Origin: a virus
Taxonomy: Duplodnaviria > Caudoviricetes
Reading direction: 5' to 3' (one strand)
Length of the DNA stretch: 37,052 bases
Virus record (IMG/VR): IMGVR_UViG_3300036987_000515
Location: 1-37,052 of that record
Each line of letters starts with the position of its first letter. Position 1 is the first letter of the stretch. The notes under the pieces were generated by a model, which did no database searches, had not been told where the DNA came from, and was given only the letters and a program-made list of their open reading frames with translations. Positions 36,599 through 37,052 of the stretch are shown one piece after another. The translations under genes and the position numbers were made by a program.

Positions 36599-36644
36599 CC
36601 CCCTGTTTTCACCCCCTTACAGAACCCCGAATTTCTCTCTCCGC

Positions 36645-36689
36645 CCCCGTTATCAAGTTCCCACCCCCCAATTATAAAGTCGCCCGTCA
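36645..36689 (+). repeat. Prophage right end with tandem transposase-binding-like sites
   Basis: TTATCAAGT (36650-36658) and TTATAAAGT (36672-36680), 22 bp apart, then terminal CA. Confidence 0.75.
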
Positions 36690-37052
36690 GTTCTCATCGC
36701 TGAACACCATGCCCAGGACTCGCGCGCCAACGAAAAACGGCACGCCAAGGAACACCGTCCCAAGGGGCGTGTGGGACCGCACGCTGCCGTCCGGCATCTG
36801 GCGGAAGCTGTAGAACTTCGCGGGATCGATGTTCAGTTCCGAGAAGTCCAGCGTCCCGCGGCTTGCCAGCAGCGCGGCTCCCCAGCGAAGGGGCTGGTTA
36901 TCCATGCTGCTCTGAATGAGCGGCTTGTGGAGATAGATCGCAAAGCAAAGAACCGCAACCACGGCAGGCACGGGAACGCGCCTGGCTGCGGCAAACAGAC
37001 GCCGAACCTGTCCGGACAAGAAGCCTGCGATTGTCGGGAATTTCATTTCCAT
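36690..37052 (-). pseudogene. 5' fragment of host membrane-protein gene interrupted by the prophage
   Basis: Two hydrophobic segments; stop TGA is supplied by the phage terminal TG; lacks the phage strand skew. Confidence 0.65.

Larger units (their letters stand above)
1..36689. mobile_element. Mu-like transposable prophage, siphovirus-type tail, divergent early/late arms; left end outside window
   Basis: DDE transposase, AAA ATPase, Gam, GemA, Ner, Mu-type portal/F/I/T/gp36 genes in syntenic order; no sheath gene seen; terminal CA with repeated motifs at 36650-36689. Confidence 0.95.

Overview
Positions 1-36689 are most of a transposable (Mu-like) prophage with a non-contractile tail. It has the divergent B3/BcepMu-type layout. 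The minus-strand late arm encodes lysis, terminase, a portal-gpF fusion, protease/scaffold, capsid, head-tail, tail tube, a frameshifting chaperone, tape measure, tail tip and fibre. A central repressor/ner switch follows, then a plus-strand early arm (DDE transposase A, B-type ATPase, Gam, GemA, accessory genes). The right phage end (..CA at 36688-36689) interrupts a host membrane-protein gene; the left end is outside the window. Most notable: (i) a structured late-operon leader (23240-23950) whose segments are exact reverse complements of intergenic sites up to 13 kb downstream and of its own terminators, a candidate RNA control system; (ii) a strong C-over-G strand skew independent of gene direction that is lost in apparently recent modules; (iii) a papain-family protease and a DnaD-like protein in the early operon; (iv) extra transposase-C-terminal-like barrels between A and B. 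All calls are from manual motif reading and synteny; no searches or folding were run.
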